In this document: piece after piece, positions 14,744-29,500 of the stretch
How the letters are laid out: every line of letters begins with the position of its first letter
Numbering within the stretch: the first letter of the stretch is position 1
DNA from: Trichoplax adhaerens
Lineage: Eukaryota; Animalia; Placozoa
Direction of reading: 5' to 3'
Length of the DNA stretch: 64,000 nt
Assembly: GCF_000150275.1 (NCBI RefSeq)
Contig: NW_002060957.1
Location: 1,290,445-1,354,444, forward strand
The notes under the pieces: generated by a model
Database searches by the model: none
The model's input: only the letters and a program-made list of their open reading frames with translations
Told to the model about the DNA's origin: nothing
Program-made: the position numbers and the translations under genes

Positions 14744-17700
14744 ATGGCAGATAGGAAAGGGGAAGAATCGAGTGAAGAAGAGCCTACCATCGCCGAAGAT
14801 GTCGTTGTCACCAAGTACAAAATGGCTGGTGATATGGCCAATCGTAAGTAGACAAGCTGTATTGACCTTAAAAGATCATATCATTTCGTATCGAAATAAG
14901 ATTGCACTTGGACGCCAAATCATTCTACTTTGCTACCATCATCCAATTTCGCTACGCTAGCCTAGTGGATTGTACTGGAAAGGAGGCTGTGATGTTCCCA
15001 TTAGTATATTCAATTCATTGTCATACAGCAGCCGGGAATGATAATCGTCAAGGCATGCTCACCTTGGATATGCTCAATTCTTCAAATATCATACACTAAA
15101 GCAAGCTATTCAGCCAGTTGTCTCCATCATCATAACTGGTAGAACCGTTTTACTAGGTTACAATAAATCAGAAGTAGTGATGAAACGATGACACTCGTGG
15201 TTGTCTCCATCATCATAACTGGTAGAACCGTTTCAGTAGGTTACAATAAATCAAAAGTGAAACGATTACACTCGTGCTTTTATTGCTTGTGTCTTTTCCG
15301 AAATTGTTTCAACATAGTAATCTGCGTAATTCATTAAATATTAATTCTTTCTACATGCAGTCAGAACCATGTCAAATGCAAAGTATCAATAGAAAAGAAA
15401 ATAGCGGGTTATCCGATTGTCTTAGTAACGGAATGGTGGATTGACATTAAACGTTAAAAGTAATTTGCTTTGAAAATATTCCATGCTGATAGTATGCATT
15501 ATTCCAATTTGATAGGTATATTAGGCATACTGATCGACAACGCTACTGTTGGTGCCACTGCTAAAAGTTTATGTGAAATGGGAGATAAAATGATTTTGGA
15601 AGAGACCAGTAAAGTATACAAGAAGGAGAAAGAGCTCAAGAAGGGTAAGCTGAGCATAATTGTTGACCACACTTTCAAAATACATAGGTGTGTACACGTT
15701 ACTGGAATAAATAAACAGTCTTAGCTACTAGGTAATGGAAAATAATGGATGACTGTTGAAATCATAGCTAAAATCACGACGTTATAATAAGATTAATTGA
15801 AGATAGAGCAGCTTTGAGTTGAATAGTTTACTAAAAATAATTCTGAGAATGCTTTTTCACCTTATTATTGGGTATTGAGTATAATGGAATTGATTAAATG
15901 AAAGAAATCGAAAATGATCATCTTTATTTTATTAGGTATTGCTTTCCCTACGTGTGTATCGGTCAACCATTGCATCTGCCATTTTAGTCCCCTTAATAGT
16001 GACCCTGAATTAGAATTGAATGATGGAGATGTTGTGAAATTGTAAGTTGATTACTGTGCTAAAGGTCCGTTCATAGGTTGCGGCACGGTACTTTGTCAGC
16101 TCATCAGACATGGTCTCATCTTAGCCATAAACTAAGGATTGTCTACGTTCTTTTGACGGGCAAAGTACATCGCCCCATCATATGAACAAGTCTTAAGACA
16201 GCAACATAGAAACTGCAAACTTAATATAGTGCTTGTAGTATACGATATATGCTAATTATGTGATAGTGATTACCCTAATTAAAGGGTTGCTATTAGATAA
16301 AAAATTGAACATGAACACAATTGCTTGCATCTCCAAAGTGATTTAGGCGTTCATATTGATGGATTTATCGCGGTTGTTGGTCATACAATTGTTGTAGGCT
16401 CATCCAAAGTAAGTAAATTGGATCGATACACTAAAATCCATGCAATGTTGTGAACCTGATTTTTGGCGCGTATGACATCATGATAATGTAAATTCTTATC
16501 ACCGACTATAGGAGAAAAAAGTTTCCGGTCGTAAAGCAGATGTTATCGTGGCTGCTTACACTGCTGCGGAAGCAGCTTTAAGGCTTGTCAAACCTGGCAA
16601 TGAGGTAATTGACGTTTGCATTGCACAGTAGAAATTGGCCGACGAAATTGCTAGTACTTCATGATTCTGATAACTTTTTGTTTAAAATCGTAGAACCAAG
16701 TTGTAACGGACGCAATTCAAAAAGTAGCCGAATCTTTCGAATGTAAGCCTATCGAAGGTATGTACCGTAAAAGAGAATTAAAAATAAACAATTATGAAAC
16801 TGTTTAAGGATCGTCGATTTTAAAAAGTGTTCTGTAATTCAATTTTAGCAATGCTAGAAAAGTGACACAGATTAACTTGGTAATTGCTTTTAATGTTTCT
16901 AATGCAGGAATGATGTCCCATCAATTAAAAAAATATGTTATAGATGGAGAAAAGTCGATAATTCTAAATCCATCGGAAGCTCAAAGGTATTGCTAATTTA
17001 AGCTTTGAAAGTACTTTAATATGTAGGAATAGATGCATGCAATATATGTAAAGGCTAATAGACGTATAATCCGTTTTACGTAATATGTAGGAAAGAGCAT
17101 GAAACCTGTGAGTTTGAAGTAAATGAAGTTTACACTGTTGATGTCCTAATAAGTACTGCTGATGGAAAGGTATATGGATAAAGGATGAATAATATCGCGA
17201 AAGAATATATTGTAACGTTTGGATATGATTGATGATTGTTTTAGAGTAAAGAAATGGATAATAGAACAACTGTATATAAAAAAACCAACTTACAGTACAG
17301 CCTAAAAATGAAAGCATCAAGAGGTAATAAAGAGTGCTGTTTTATAATAGCAGTTTACGTGTACATACGCAAGCTGCCTGTTACTGGCTCAAGTTATATC
17401 ACCGTCTTTAAAGTTGATGGAAACGATGAATAATCCTTTGAGCTTTCTCACGATTTCTTGCTTATGAATTTTAGTTTTCTTCAGTGAAGTATCAAACAAA
17501 TTTACGGCTATGCCTTTTACTCTTAGGTACGTTCTGTAGGGTGTATTTGTTGTAGTAATACTATTTATGTTACTACTGTAGTCGTTCATCTGCTCGATAC
17601 TATATGATTGCTAGTATTTGAAAGCAATGCATAAAATTGTATTTTCTCAAGTTGTTCAGTTGATGATATTCTATTGGGTGCGGTTTTGATTAGAGCTTTT

Positions 17701-18386
17701 GACGACGAAACAAAGGCGCGTATGGGTGTCGTAGAATGCGTCAAGCATGGCTTGTTGGAACCGTTCAATGTATTGTGGGAGAAGGAAGGTAGTACTCTTT
17801 CTGATAAAATAGTTGTTTTTGTCTGTTGGGTCGGCATGGATTATATGAAGTCAACAACTAATACGACTTTTCATTATTTACGTTTACCACAGGTGACTTT
17901 GTCGCTCAGTTTAAATTCACGGTTCTGCTGATGCCTAGTGGGCCAATGAGGTGGTTATAGTTTCCTTTGTATTCGATGATTACATAATTAACATTGCACT
18001 GTATTAAGAGAGCTTTCCAATGTACTTCTTAATGATTGAATGTATTTTGTATGCTTGTAGAATTACTGGTGGCACTTTCGATCCAGAAGTGTACGAATCA
18101 GAACATGTTGTTAAAGATGAAGAAATCAAGGTATATTTTGTCTACAAATTTAGCTTTATACCACGACTAGGATACTTATATAAACTATTTTATTTCAGTC
18201 ATTATTATCTCAGTCTGCGAGTCGTAAGGGGAAAAAGAAAAAGAAGAAGGTGAGAATCTTTAAGTTCTACATATAGATTAGACATCGATTTCCATCGCTC
18301 CGGTTCGATTTGTTAGGACTCAGAAACATATTAATTGTACACTTCCATATTAGGCTACAAAAGGCGGTAACGCCAGCGAATCCTGA
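14744..18386 (+). CDS. PA2G4: Proliferation-associated protein 2G4 (EBP1), multi-exon
   Basis: [78 protein letters not shown], Lys-rich C-terminus; stop TGA at 18384-18386. Confidence 0.96.
15117..15276. repeat. Two-copy tandem duplication (~80 bp) in PA2G4 intron 1
   Basis: gttgtctccatcatcataactggtagaaccgttt...ggttacaataaatca...cactcgtg occurs twice back to back. Confidence 0.85.
16054..16209 (+). ncRNA. Candidate intronic structured RNA (long hairpin followed by ACA; possible H/ACA-type snoRNA)
   Basis: Nested complementary blocks ctgt/acag, gttcata/tatgaac, gtactttgtc/ggcaaagtac, agaca/tgtct and tcttag/ctaagg, then ACA at 16204-16206. Host gene is ribosome-associated. Confidence 0.45.
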
Positions 18387-19456
18387 ATATCGAATTTGCT
18401 GAAAGTGATTGATAGGACATGTGAAGCACAACTTGTCGCATGGCTTTTCAACCTGGTGTTAAAAGCAACGAATTTATTTCATTTTGTAGATGGTATTATT
18501 AGTATTATTTGAAATTAGTAAAGTTCTCGTATTGGACCTGTACCACATCTACAAAGATTGCTTTCGAATAAAACTGTAAACAATTCTAACGGGTAGTTGT
18601 TGTGTAACCATGCTTGTCTTTTCCTTGTCTTGCTAATGATATAATGAAGTACAATGGTGATCAAAGTTCTGTATGAAGATGATGCACGAAATAGTCGTTT
18701 TGTGTTAACAATACTCTAGTTTGATACTTGTTTTGAATCCATGGGCATGCAGTTTTCGACTAGGCCTAGCAAAACTATTTCGTGCATAAACTTGTGATAC
18801 CTATTGCACTGTACGTATTGAAATGGCCATGATCCATTGTAAAGTGTAAATGGCACTTTTGGGTAGAGAGTAAAACTGTGAGTGTACAGTACAGCTCCCT
18901 CCCTAAACATCGTGTGCGAGTTTCTGAGCTACCCTACATGAGAGAAATTTCTGTCTAGATTGGCCAAAGTAGCACGTTTAAGGCAACGGTTTAATAAAGA
19001 TGATAGAGTGGGAATATCCTTATATAATGCCATCAACTTTCGCCAAATTCTGAATCGATATAGGACGTGGACATGTAGCTCCTCTGCCATGACCACCTAC
19101 TATCGATAGCACCGCGCACTTTAAATGGCTTTCGATGACAAGAGTTTGCACTCGGTGTTTTAGCGGTGATGGAATGACGTAGTCGTCCTATACACGGACT
19201 CTATGGTGGTACTTTATGCAGTGGGTGTGCGCCATACTGTACGGTAGAAAGCGAATTGATAATCAATGGATTGATTACAAATAGATGCGCGCTGTCAAAT
19301 TAATCGTTAGACTAGCTGGCGCTATTGCCACTTTTCCCTTCAAATCGACGCATAAACTTGCCAAGAAGAGATTGGCCGTGAAAGACAGCAAGGAAAAGCT
19401 GCAAGTCCAAGGGTCTACGGTTGGCCGAGTTGTTTTTCTACTAACTATCGCATGCG

Positions 19457-22304
19457 ATGGATTTGATGGAATCAACCGCGTGTACAGCAACGAGTATTCA
19501 TTCCATTCCATTAAGCATGGAGTTACCATGTGAGCCACAAGTGATCCAGGAGGTAACATGTACAAGTTCTAGCCCCAAAATGATGATGGATGAAAACGAT
19601 GCACAGGAATGCCACGAGAGCGATTCAGTTGAGTCATTACCTAGTGAAAATAAAGAGAGTGAAATGGACGACAGTAGCCAATTAGCTGTTGATGCCAGCT
19701 TAGAGCACGATGAAAGTATGGTGGTGTATCCTTTCGATGGATTTGAGTCCAAATTAGTCAACGTGCTAACTCAAAATCGCTTGACTAGGAAACATCAATC
19801 AGTCTGCCTTGCTTGCCAAACGGACTATTCAACATGGTCTAATCTAGCATGGCGCTATCCTAATTTAAAATTAGAATATCAGTATGATATCAAGTTAGGC
19901 TACGGTGAAATTTGGTTTCATGCGCCATTGCCTTCAGCTTTATATCGTAAATTGATCAATTACTTTGGCTATACATTAGTCAGTAGAATTTGCCACAAGA
20001 ATATCTCTCTCAATCGCTTCCGATATTATGGCGTTGGACCTTGCGATATTCTCGTCCATGGACAGCCAGATAAATTGAAAACGAGATGGCCTGATCGAGG
20101 TTTCGAACCAATTGGTTTAAAGGTTGGAGTAAATCGAGTTCTACCGCGATCAGTTCGCCCGCATACATTCGAACGTTATGGTACAACACCATTGCCCACC
20201 TTAGTCTTGGAAATTGCCTATTCCCTTGAAAACGAAGATAGTTTGATCCAGGAATTAATGAATTGGGTCCATCATTCTTCCGTTCAAATTGCTGTTGGCA
20301 TTGTGGTCATCAAACCTGATGATGATACTATGATATGGCCAATGAATGCATACGTTGTCAGAAATACCACAAAAGCATTGGAAAAATTTTCAACCTTGGA
20401 TCCTGCTCATTCCATCATGCAATTCAAGATAGAAGATCTTTTTTATGGAATGGATCTGCCTTTCTGTGATGAGGTAAGCTGTGATCGTCTTCCCTAGAAC
20501 TACTTTCCTACAGGTCCACAGCGAGTGATAATAACCAACATGTACACAGTACAGTAGAGCGCATTAGTCATAAATATTGGCTACAAAAATCGAACAAGTT
20601 ATCCTAGGAGAATGCTATGCATCGTTAATCGACTGACTTTGAACGCACTGTGCACGTGAAGACATTTAGAAATTGTAAAACATCAACTACTTTTGAGATT
20701 GATTACAAAAAATTCATATCATAAAATAAACTTTACGCGCTATAAAGTAACGCTAATTGCTACGAATTTATTCACAAATGATGAATGTGGTAAAATGTGC
20801 GTTAGGATGCGCTAATGAGTAACGTTAATATAATCGCTACAAGTTTACTTGCAAAAGATGAAAATCGAAAACGACCGGCATACGTTGTTCGCTATGGCTA
20901 GTCAGTCGCTACGACCTTACTGTAAATACGAGTGTGATTATATCAACTAGTGATGACTAACTGCTACTCACTAATGACAAAAAATGAATGTCAGAAAGCG
21001 AACAACAAGCGTTGTTAGCCAGCTGCCACGAGCTGATTCCAAAAATGTAAATACGGCATACTGTTAGTCGACACGAGTCGGATAATAGGATTAGCAGATG
21101 ACTGAAAAGTATCTGTACTTTATTAACGCAAGCTAAGCATGATAGCAAAATTTTCTTACCGTCGCTTGTGCAAGTTTACTTCAATAATTGAGTCTAATAA
21201 TAAAGATGCTTTTTAATTATAACACGGTATACATACTTTGCATATAGAAGTATGGACTACGAAAAGGAAGCAAAACTCTCTTGCCTTTCCTTTCTGTAGT
21301 CCTTGAGCTAGTATCGTTTTCCACAGCTCGGCTTTGTGCTAATGGATAGTAATAGATCTAAACGTTAGGATAGTTGCGCATGGGTTACTCTTGAAGCTTG
21401 AGTCGATAGCGTGATTTCAATTAAAGCTAACATCTCGTCTTGAGCTAGCGATATTGCTAATGATGCTGCAGCTCATGAGTGAACATCAATGATGCCAATT
21501 TAGTAATCCATGAATGAAATCATAGGCGCATATATCGATACCTCCTAAGGTGCCTGTTATGACTACTACATAGCATTTGCGGCTCGTAACTGCTAGTAGT
21601 ATTTAGAATTAATGGGTAATTTGCAGCTGATTGTAACTCATGCAAAAACTTTACTGTAGTTTAACGCTGCAAGTAATGCAAATACAAATGCCTCGTACCC
21701 TTTATACTGTATTGGCTTATTAAAGAATAAAATCGAATGGCATTAGGTCTGTATTTGCTATTACTGCAAAGTAAAATGATGAACAGCTAAATGCGGGTTT
21801 AGGAGCATTCTATGCGGCAATGGCATGAAGATGGTAGGAGCCGTGGTTGAATAATAAATATTATTACGAGTATTGCTCAACCCTCACTTTAATAAGGAAC
21901 GAACTTAAAATTACACTTGTATATTGTACAAGGTCAGGTTTAGTTTGAAACTTAATAATCGTTCTCTATGTGTACCTTCAACTTGTCAGATGCTAAAATT
22001 ATAGTAACTGTTCATATCACAGACTTGAAACTTTAATTTGCTATATAGTTTTTCTATGCAGGTATAGTACTTCAACATGATTAATTAAATCCTCTTCTAA
22101 ATTTTTTATTGTATTGATCAATGATGATGATTATAGGAGGAAAAAATTGAAATTGACTTAATTCATGATATCCAGCTACTATGTTGTGATAGCATGGAAG
22201 ATGATGTGATCGTACCACAGCCTCTCAAGAAATTACGTCTGGAATCATTGGATACTTCACCCTCAAGTGCATCTAAATCTGTCCTATCCAGTTGTGATCA
22301 ATAA
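19457..22304 (+). CDS. Uma2/Crinkler-type PD-(D/E)xK restriction-endonuclease-fold protein; exons 19457-20473 and 22137-22304 (~394 aa)
   Basis: Motifs WPDRGF and PTLVLEIAYS..L.QELMNWV..VQIAVGI. Donor gag|gtaagc at 20473/4 joins in phase 0 to ttatag|EEKIEIDLIHDIQ...PLKKLRL...DQ*. Confidence 0.7.
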
Positions 22305-23575
22305 ATTTCTTTTCTGCCGCCGGTTATGTCATTACTCTCTTCAGTTCAGTAATTGCTTTTGTAGTTTTATATGTAGAAATCAATGGTAGCTTGTAATTAT
22401 AAATAAAGATAGTCTGTGTAATATTGTTGCAAGCCAATATCAGTCAGGCTGTTACTCCTTTAAGGACATTTTTATTAATTTGACGTTCGAGTTGTATTAT
22501 CTAATCTAGTTATATCCCATTCAAAGTTGACAAATTTAATGTTCTATTCATTCAGTTAGCATTTTAAATCTTTTATTGCAGACTTAAAATTGGTGATAGT
22601 GACAGCAATGATGCTTTAATTCAATGGCCTCACCTTGACGGCAAGAAAAAAAGTTACAGCATGTTAACAAACTTCGTTCATAGCTATAGTTACTTGAATT
22701 TCTTATATTTTCTTGTTCTACATTTAATAACAACGATTTGACATCCATTGCACAAGACGTGATGATCACTCTATAGAATAAATAAAAAGAGATGTTGCAA
22801 GTATAATTGTGCTATGTAATTACACTTTCAATTTATACGACACTTATTAACATACTAGCTGACAAATAATATTTTCAGTAAGTATGGAAAATAGTTGTCA
22901 AAAGTTCAATTTTACTAGCGTTAATGTACAACGACGACGTTAACTCATGGAAGGCAGACATCAAATTAAATTCGACCATAAATACGATCAAATCTTCTTT
23001 TAACTATGCACCATTTCAATATTGATTATCGTCATAAGAATCTTTAGAAAGTCGATAAAGGGCTAAAGCAGTAAATTGCATGATAAAATTGTTTAAATAG
23101 CAAATTATCCACAAGAATATTTTCAGTATAGGACATAAGCTTATAAATTCGTCTGCAACAATATTATTTCTCTAAAAAAGGAGATCGGTAAGAATTAAAA
23201 TAGCATTATAAGAATGTAACTACGGAGGTAAAGCTAACATTTGTTCTCTATATCCTGAATGAAATGATAATTGCCCTTGAAAAGAGGATATTTAAAGTTT
23301 CAAGAGTATACATACAGTGTACTACTATAAGGACACGCAGATATACGAAAAGCAATTATATTACAGAAGCATGCATTTTAGAGGTAACTTACCTAATGCT
23401 AGTAGAACATTTGCTCATTTTTTATAATTTAACGATAATAAAACTTTTCGTATGTTAAATAACTATAGAATATTTGTGTAATCGGTAACTCTAGTATCAG
23501 TTAGGCAATAAGCTTTAACATCGATCGAAGGAATAGGTTTGAAGTCAGATCAATTGATACCGTAGTAGATTAAAA

Positions 23576-26500
23576 TTAAGTAGTAGTGGGTGCTTTCCAA
23601 TTACATTTTCTTCCAGTTTCATAGCATGCAATTAACTTTTGCCTGAAATTACCCATTTTAATAGTATTGGTATATTTATCATACAAATCGAGAGCAGTGA
23701 CAGCATCTTCAATGCTATCATGAGTTTCCGTCTGAATATTACGATTCAAAAAATACCACGCTAGGAACCGTAGGGACAAATAACGTTGTCGTTCAAGATG
23801 GTATATTTCCACCGTATCGATAACTTGCTCATTAGGTACCTATTTTGACATTAGGATAGGCGGCATTTGATATAATTTTAATACTACATACATGAACTAT
23901 TAGTTATGGAAGTGAACGCTTTTAATTACAACGCCTGATCAACTTACTTTAATATTGATAACCCTAAAATCTTTACGCAAGCCATGTCCAACAAATATTA
24001 CACCTCTATCTATGAGACAGAGTAATTTTCGATAGCTCGCCTTCAAAGTGGTGAGATACTTGGTTGATACCATCGGATCTAAGTCTCCAGGGCGAATACC
24101 AGAAAATTCAGTGAGGTAATCGACAACCTGTGGAGAAAATGTTGGCAATAAGCTATGATTGCTACCGGAATAAATCTGATATAATATACAATAAATGTTC
24201 AGAAAATCATCGATATCGTAATAATTAAGATATTTATAGTAATCTATTTTTGGTATCATAGGTGCATTATGGAGAACTTTTAACGAAATGTATTAGTATC
24301 AATAAATAACATGACAAACCTGTTCGCTTGTTGAAATATAATCATCAATAAAAGCTGTTCCACGTTTCGGTCCTGATCCGTAAATGACCGAAATTCTAGC
24401 TACACTCATTTGACTTGGTTTTATAGTTGATCTTGTACCATCAGAATGAATTTCAGCTTCGTCCTATCCATACGTAATAAGCAATTTTTTATTGATGTTT
24501 TAAAGTAATTATCAGTGACTATATATGATAACTAGTAATAAAATTAGGAAAATTATCATTCGTAATGTCTACATTAATGTTGACCTGATTTAATGATACA
24601 AATTCAGTATCAAGGCCGACGAGATCTCCTTTGCCTGGTAGGTCTTCCTCTAGCGGCGTTACAAACGAAGACGTGCTGATTTCGGGATTTTTATTTAGTG
24701 ATTTATCCGCAAGGATGATCTGAGGGTCGTCACGTAGGTGTACTAATTGTAAAATTAAAGGGAAATTTGCGACTTTGAGTTAAGTAAGAAGAATTTTCAC
24801 AGAAAAATTGATCCATATTTTACCTCCACCTTCGAAATTTTGAAATACGCTAGCTTTAATAAAATATAAAATACAAGGTATTTGCCAATCAAGACTAAAG
24901 CTTGAGGAATCGACCTAATCAATGGTGAATAATTATCCAGGTCAGGAATTGTTAATTATTCGTTATTGAATTGACTTGCAAAATGAAAATATTTGATACC
25001 GGCGGGATAGGCGTGATAGAGAAATCATTGATGAGATACCAAGTCGTGTGCCGTACGCCCTAATGCAGCAGAGGAGAGTTTAACTTNNNNNNNNNNNNNN
25101 NNNNNNNNNNNNNNNNNNNNNNNNNNNNNNNNNNNNTCTTATTTGACAATATTAGCAAACAAATAATAGATGTTGCTCTCATCTTCCGGTTCTGTTTCTT
25201 TCTGTTAGGAAAATGCGTGATAAAGGAATATTCAGAGTTTATAAGTTTTGACTTGAACTTTGTAATAATAGTACTAAAATCATGTTAGTATATTAAAATC
25301 ATGGGGTATCTGGTCTCTCTTCAACCATACTTTGGAGTCGATTGCGTTCATAACTAGTTCGTCATCTACGATCTGAGCCTGGATTTTATTGGGTAGCCAG
25401 TGCCTGCTAGGTTAAATCATGTAGAATAATAGTAAACATACCGGAATCGATAATTCATTATGAGCTCTATTGTGTTCAGCCTTTACTGCTAACTTATCAT
25501 CAGCTATTTCAAATGTGCAGTAGCAGTTACTTAAGTAATATACATTTTAAATATCCTTCTCCTAATAAGACTTCCTGTAAGAAGTACCAACAATCAAATA
25601 ACGGTGAATTCAGATCATAATAAAATATATCTATGATGTCTTACCGAGGTACTTCTTCAGCGCTATCGCCTTCTTGGGTAACTTTCCGATTATTCCATAC
25701 CTGTATACAACAATATCAGATACATAGTTGAAACCTAATATGGCATATTCTGTCGTTAAGTATTAAAATTACAGCTACCATGTCCTGATATTTCCAAAAG
25801 TGAATGCCTTCTTCATTATCAACTTGGCAATTAATTGCAAGTATATCAGGCAGATTTTTAACTAATCTTGTTTGAGTGCTTGGCTGATATTTCTGACATC
25901 GTTCGCACCAAGCAAAAACATTTTGTGTTTTTGACATACTAGATAGTAGGACTGAGCAAAAGGAATGGGTTTTTATTTCATTGGAATTAGCCTGCTTGTC
26001 TTTATTGGGTTGCGATGATTTACTTGGATAAGTAAGTGTATAAAGTAATGTAGAAGATGTTCTAATATCTTTATTTTCACAGCCGCATTTGGTAATAATT
26101 TCCAATTTACTTTCATACAACTTCAAGAACCACGCTCCATCATTGTCTGTAGCTTCAGACTTGTCATCCTTTTTGTAGGTGTCTCTAGATAGCTGTTGTA
26201 ATACAAACAGATGCCAACTTTGAATTAGATGTGCTAAATTTGCATTTTTATAAGCTTCTTCGGTGTCCGGCAATATCAAGCCTAATCCAGCGGCTTCAGG
26301 TATTGCTCGAAATGCACGAAGAAAGTTATTAGCCTAGAATGGAATCAAATCCTCGTTATGTTACGGTCGATAATTAAGATAATCGCTAAATTCAAGACTA
26401 AGAATCAACCTGGCACGGCTGTCCTTTCGAATAATCTAACATTCGGAAAAGAAATCCTAATTCACACGCGAAACAAGGCTCTTTGTCGCATGAATGGTTT

Positions 26501-29500
26501 TGCAATCCGATACACATGGGCCGTAAGAAGTATAGCACCTGCAATGGAAATTGCAGTGATTAGGTAGTTGCTTTGAACTATATTGATTGGGAATAAAAGT
26601 TCGATTGCTGTGTAGAGTGATCATTACCTGCAGCATAGAGTTACAATATGCGTTGGGTATATCAGTCTCCAAACCAGCAAAATTGGTTCGATTGTATGAC
26701 TCAAAGTTAAAATCTTCTAAGCCTATCCAAATAAAGCAAATCATGCTCAGAGTTATTTCGGAAATAGGAGGTAAAATTTTTACTGTAACGTGAGCATCTT
26801 TCAATTCTAGCGTAATTTTTAACTTACCAAGTTTGGAGTACTTCATAGCTACACGATGATAACGCTTTGGTATTTCACCATAATATTCACTTAACGCATC
26901 TAATTTATGTAATGACGTAACATTACGAAAGAGATCTATATATACTTATGCCATTGTAACAGGTGTGGATTTTCAAACCTTGCTCCTCATCAGACTCATT
27001 ATTGTCCATAATATTGTCATCTAATTCATTGGCATTAGTAGCGCGAATTGTGTAGGGCATCTAATAACAAAGAGATTCAATCTTTACATCTTTGCATTAT
27101 CTGTAACCATAACGTTTAAATTAAAATTAAATTAAACATGCCTGATTGCGTTTGTAATTGACCGGTGCCGGAGCATATCCGATAAAATTATTCATTTTCA
27201 TGCTTTCTAAAATTTTCGGATCTATGGGTGCTAAGCGCCTTTAAATTATTTTTTAAGTAATTGCTATTAGACAATTTAAGTTGAAATGAAAAACTAACAA
27301 GATGAAAGAGATGATAAGTTACATCTTCTAAATAAAATTCAAATCTTGCTTACCAAGTTCACGCACTTTTAACGAAATGAATGATCTAACTAAATTGTCC
27401 ATGTTAAACTATAAACTATATAACGCTAACCTGTCTTTCACTTCTGTCAATTCATTGGACCAATCAGATAACAGCCTACCGCTACTATATACAGTAATAT
27501 AAATAATCATTGTTAAAATGCACTTTAGAATTTGGGTAGTTTCAAAGATGTGAACAAAATACAAACTTGTCATAAGTGTAATCCATAGGCACCGTAGACA
27601 ATCGTACAAAAGGATCGTTAATATCGAGGTATGGCAGCCGATTTTCCTATACATTGTTAATACATTACATGACAACTATAAAATGATTTTTACGACTATA
27701 AATGACCAATATAAGATCGTAGCATCTCAAACACAAGTATTGATAGCCACAATATTGATTAGAATTTATTACATCAGCTGCAAATTCAGTTGGTTGTCCA
27801 AAATTATTCATCATAGCATCTTCTCGATTAGTCCAGACATGCAGATACCCTTTAACATTTGCATCACATGAAAATATTAACATATACTAGTATAATTTTG
27901 CTAAGTTAAAATTTGAAGACTACGATCACAATTAGTCATTACACTTGATACAATGATTTAACATAACGGCATTACTCGTGTAAATTGGTTAAGCCATTGC
28001 AAACTTATTATGTCGTTTAATAAGCTGGCCCTACCTTCACTATCGCCGAAAGCAAATACTTGGGCGGATGGCGATACATCAAAAGCAAGTGGGTAGCCAG
28101 TAGATTCGATTTGTTGAACAATTAGGCTAGATGGCGTTAGCGGAACTCCTGGTTCACAAATTTGAAATTGGCCAGTCTAAAACAAAGCATATCGAATTAT
28201 TATTATTATAGTAGGTTAATGATGGCTTTATTACATATAATGACAGTGGCTAAAGAAATTGTTACTTACATGGGAAACCACGGCCAACCGGGAAGTATAG
28301 TTTGGCATAAATTTTAACAAAGTAGGATCGAAGTGAACCTAAAAATAATACAAGACTGTTACAGGACAGTATCTTGGACATTCTCGATATGTGCAGTCGC
28401 CAACATAAATATCATCGCCATACAGCCTCTATGCTTACTTGTATCGGATTTAGTGCTCTCATTGATCGTAAATCATACATCATCAGAAATCGATCGCAAT
28501 TTAAATGACTATGTCTAATAATTGAAATTGTTAATTTAGTGTGCATCGTTTTGATTCATAATTAAGTGATAAGACTTTATAATAATGGTAACGTCTATGG
28601 TGAACCTTGTTGAAAAGCCGCATGTTACGAGAAAATTATCGCTAACATCAATATCAGAAATAGAACCAGAATGAGCATCAATAGCGTTGATGCACTGAAG
28701 CGTTGAAGGATCATGTAATGTCACCTATCACAAATTCACAATTTCAATTATTTCTTGACGGTATTAAATATAGCATACATTACAAGGTTAATTCAATTTT
28801 AAGGTAATATAAATCAAGCTGGGTAAAAATTGATGCTACGCGTAGATAGATACCTTTCCGGTAGTAGTTCCACAGCAAACATAACCAGATTTGTTGGAAT
28901 AACGCAATACGGCATTAGAGCATTCAGTACTAGCCTAAATAATAAAGATGTTTATAATATCATTGTGTGATATCAGTTCCAATTTATGACTTAACTTAAG
29001 ATACTCTTCATTGTACCTCTACTGAAAAGTATATTTATATCAGACTAAAATGAAAATCAGTGGTACGAAGAGAGGGGTGAATAAATTAACAGATAATTTA
29101 CTGGTATAAATTTTAAACTACTGAACAAGAGTGATTAAGCAAGTTGAATTCGGAATTAAATTAACATGTATATGTAGAAATTTTATATCAAGATCAGTAC
29201 AATATTCTGGCTTTACAAGTTACCTGTTTAGTGATTTTAGCTGATCTAAGATCGACTTGTGTTAGCAAGTTATTTTCGCCAGAGATGTAGGTTTTATCAT
29301 GATTGGGATTGAGACACATACACTGCATATAATACAGCGAGGATTCATCTCTGCAATATCAAGAAATCATGTATTAATAAGGAAGAAACTAATACCATAG
29401 ATAGGCTGCTTTTGCAAGATTATAATTTGCCCTGGCTCAACCAGATTTAATTTGCAACAAATCTTTTATTGGCATTTAGGAAATGCGCGTTAACCAATTA

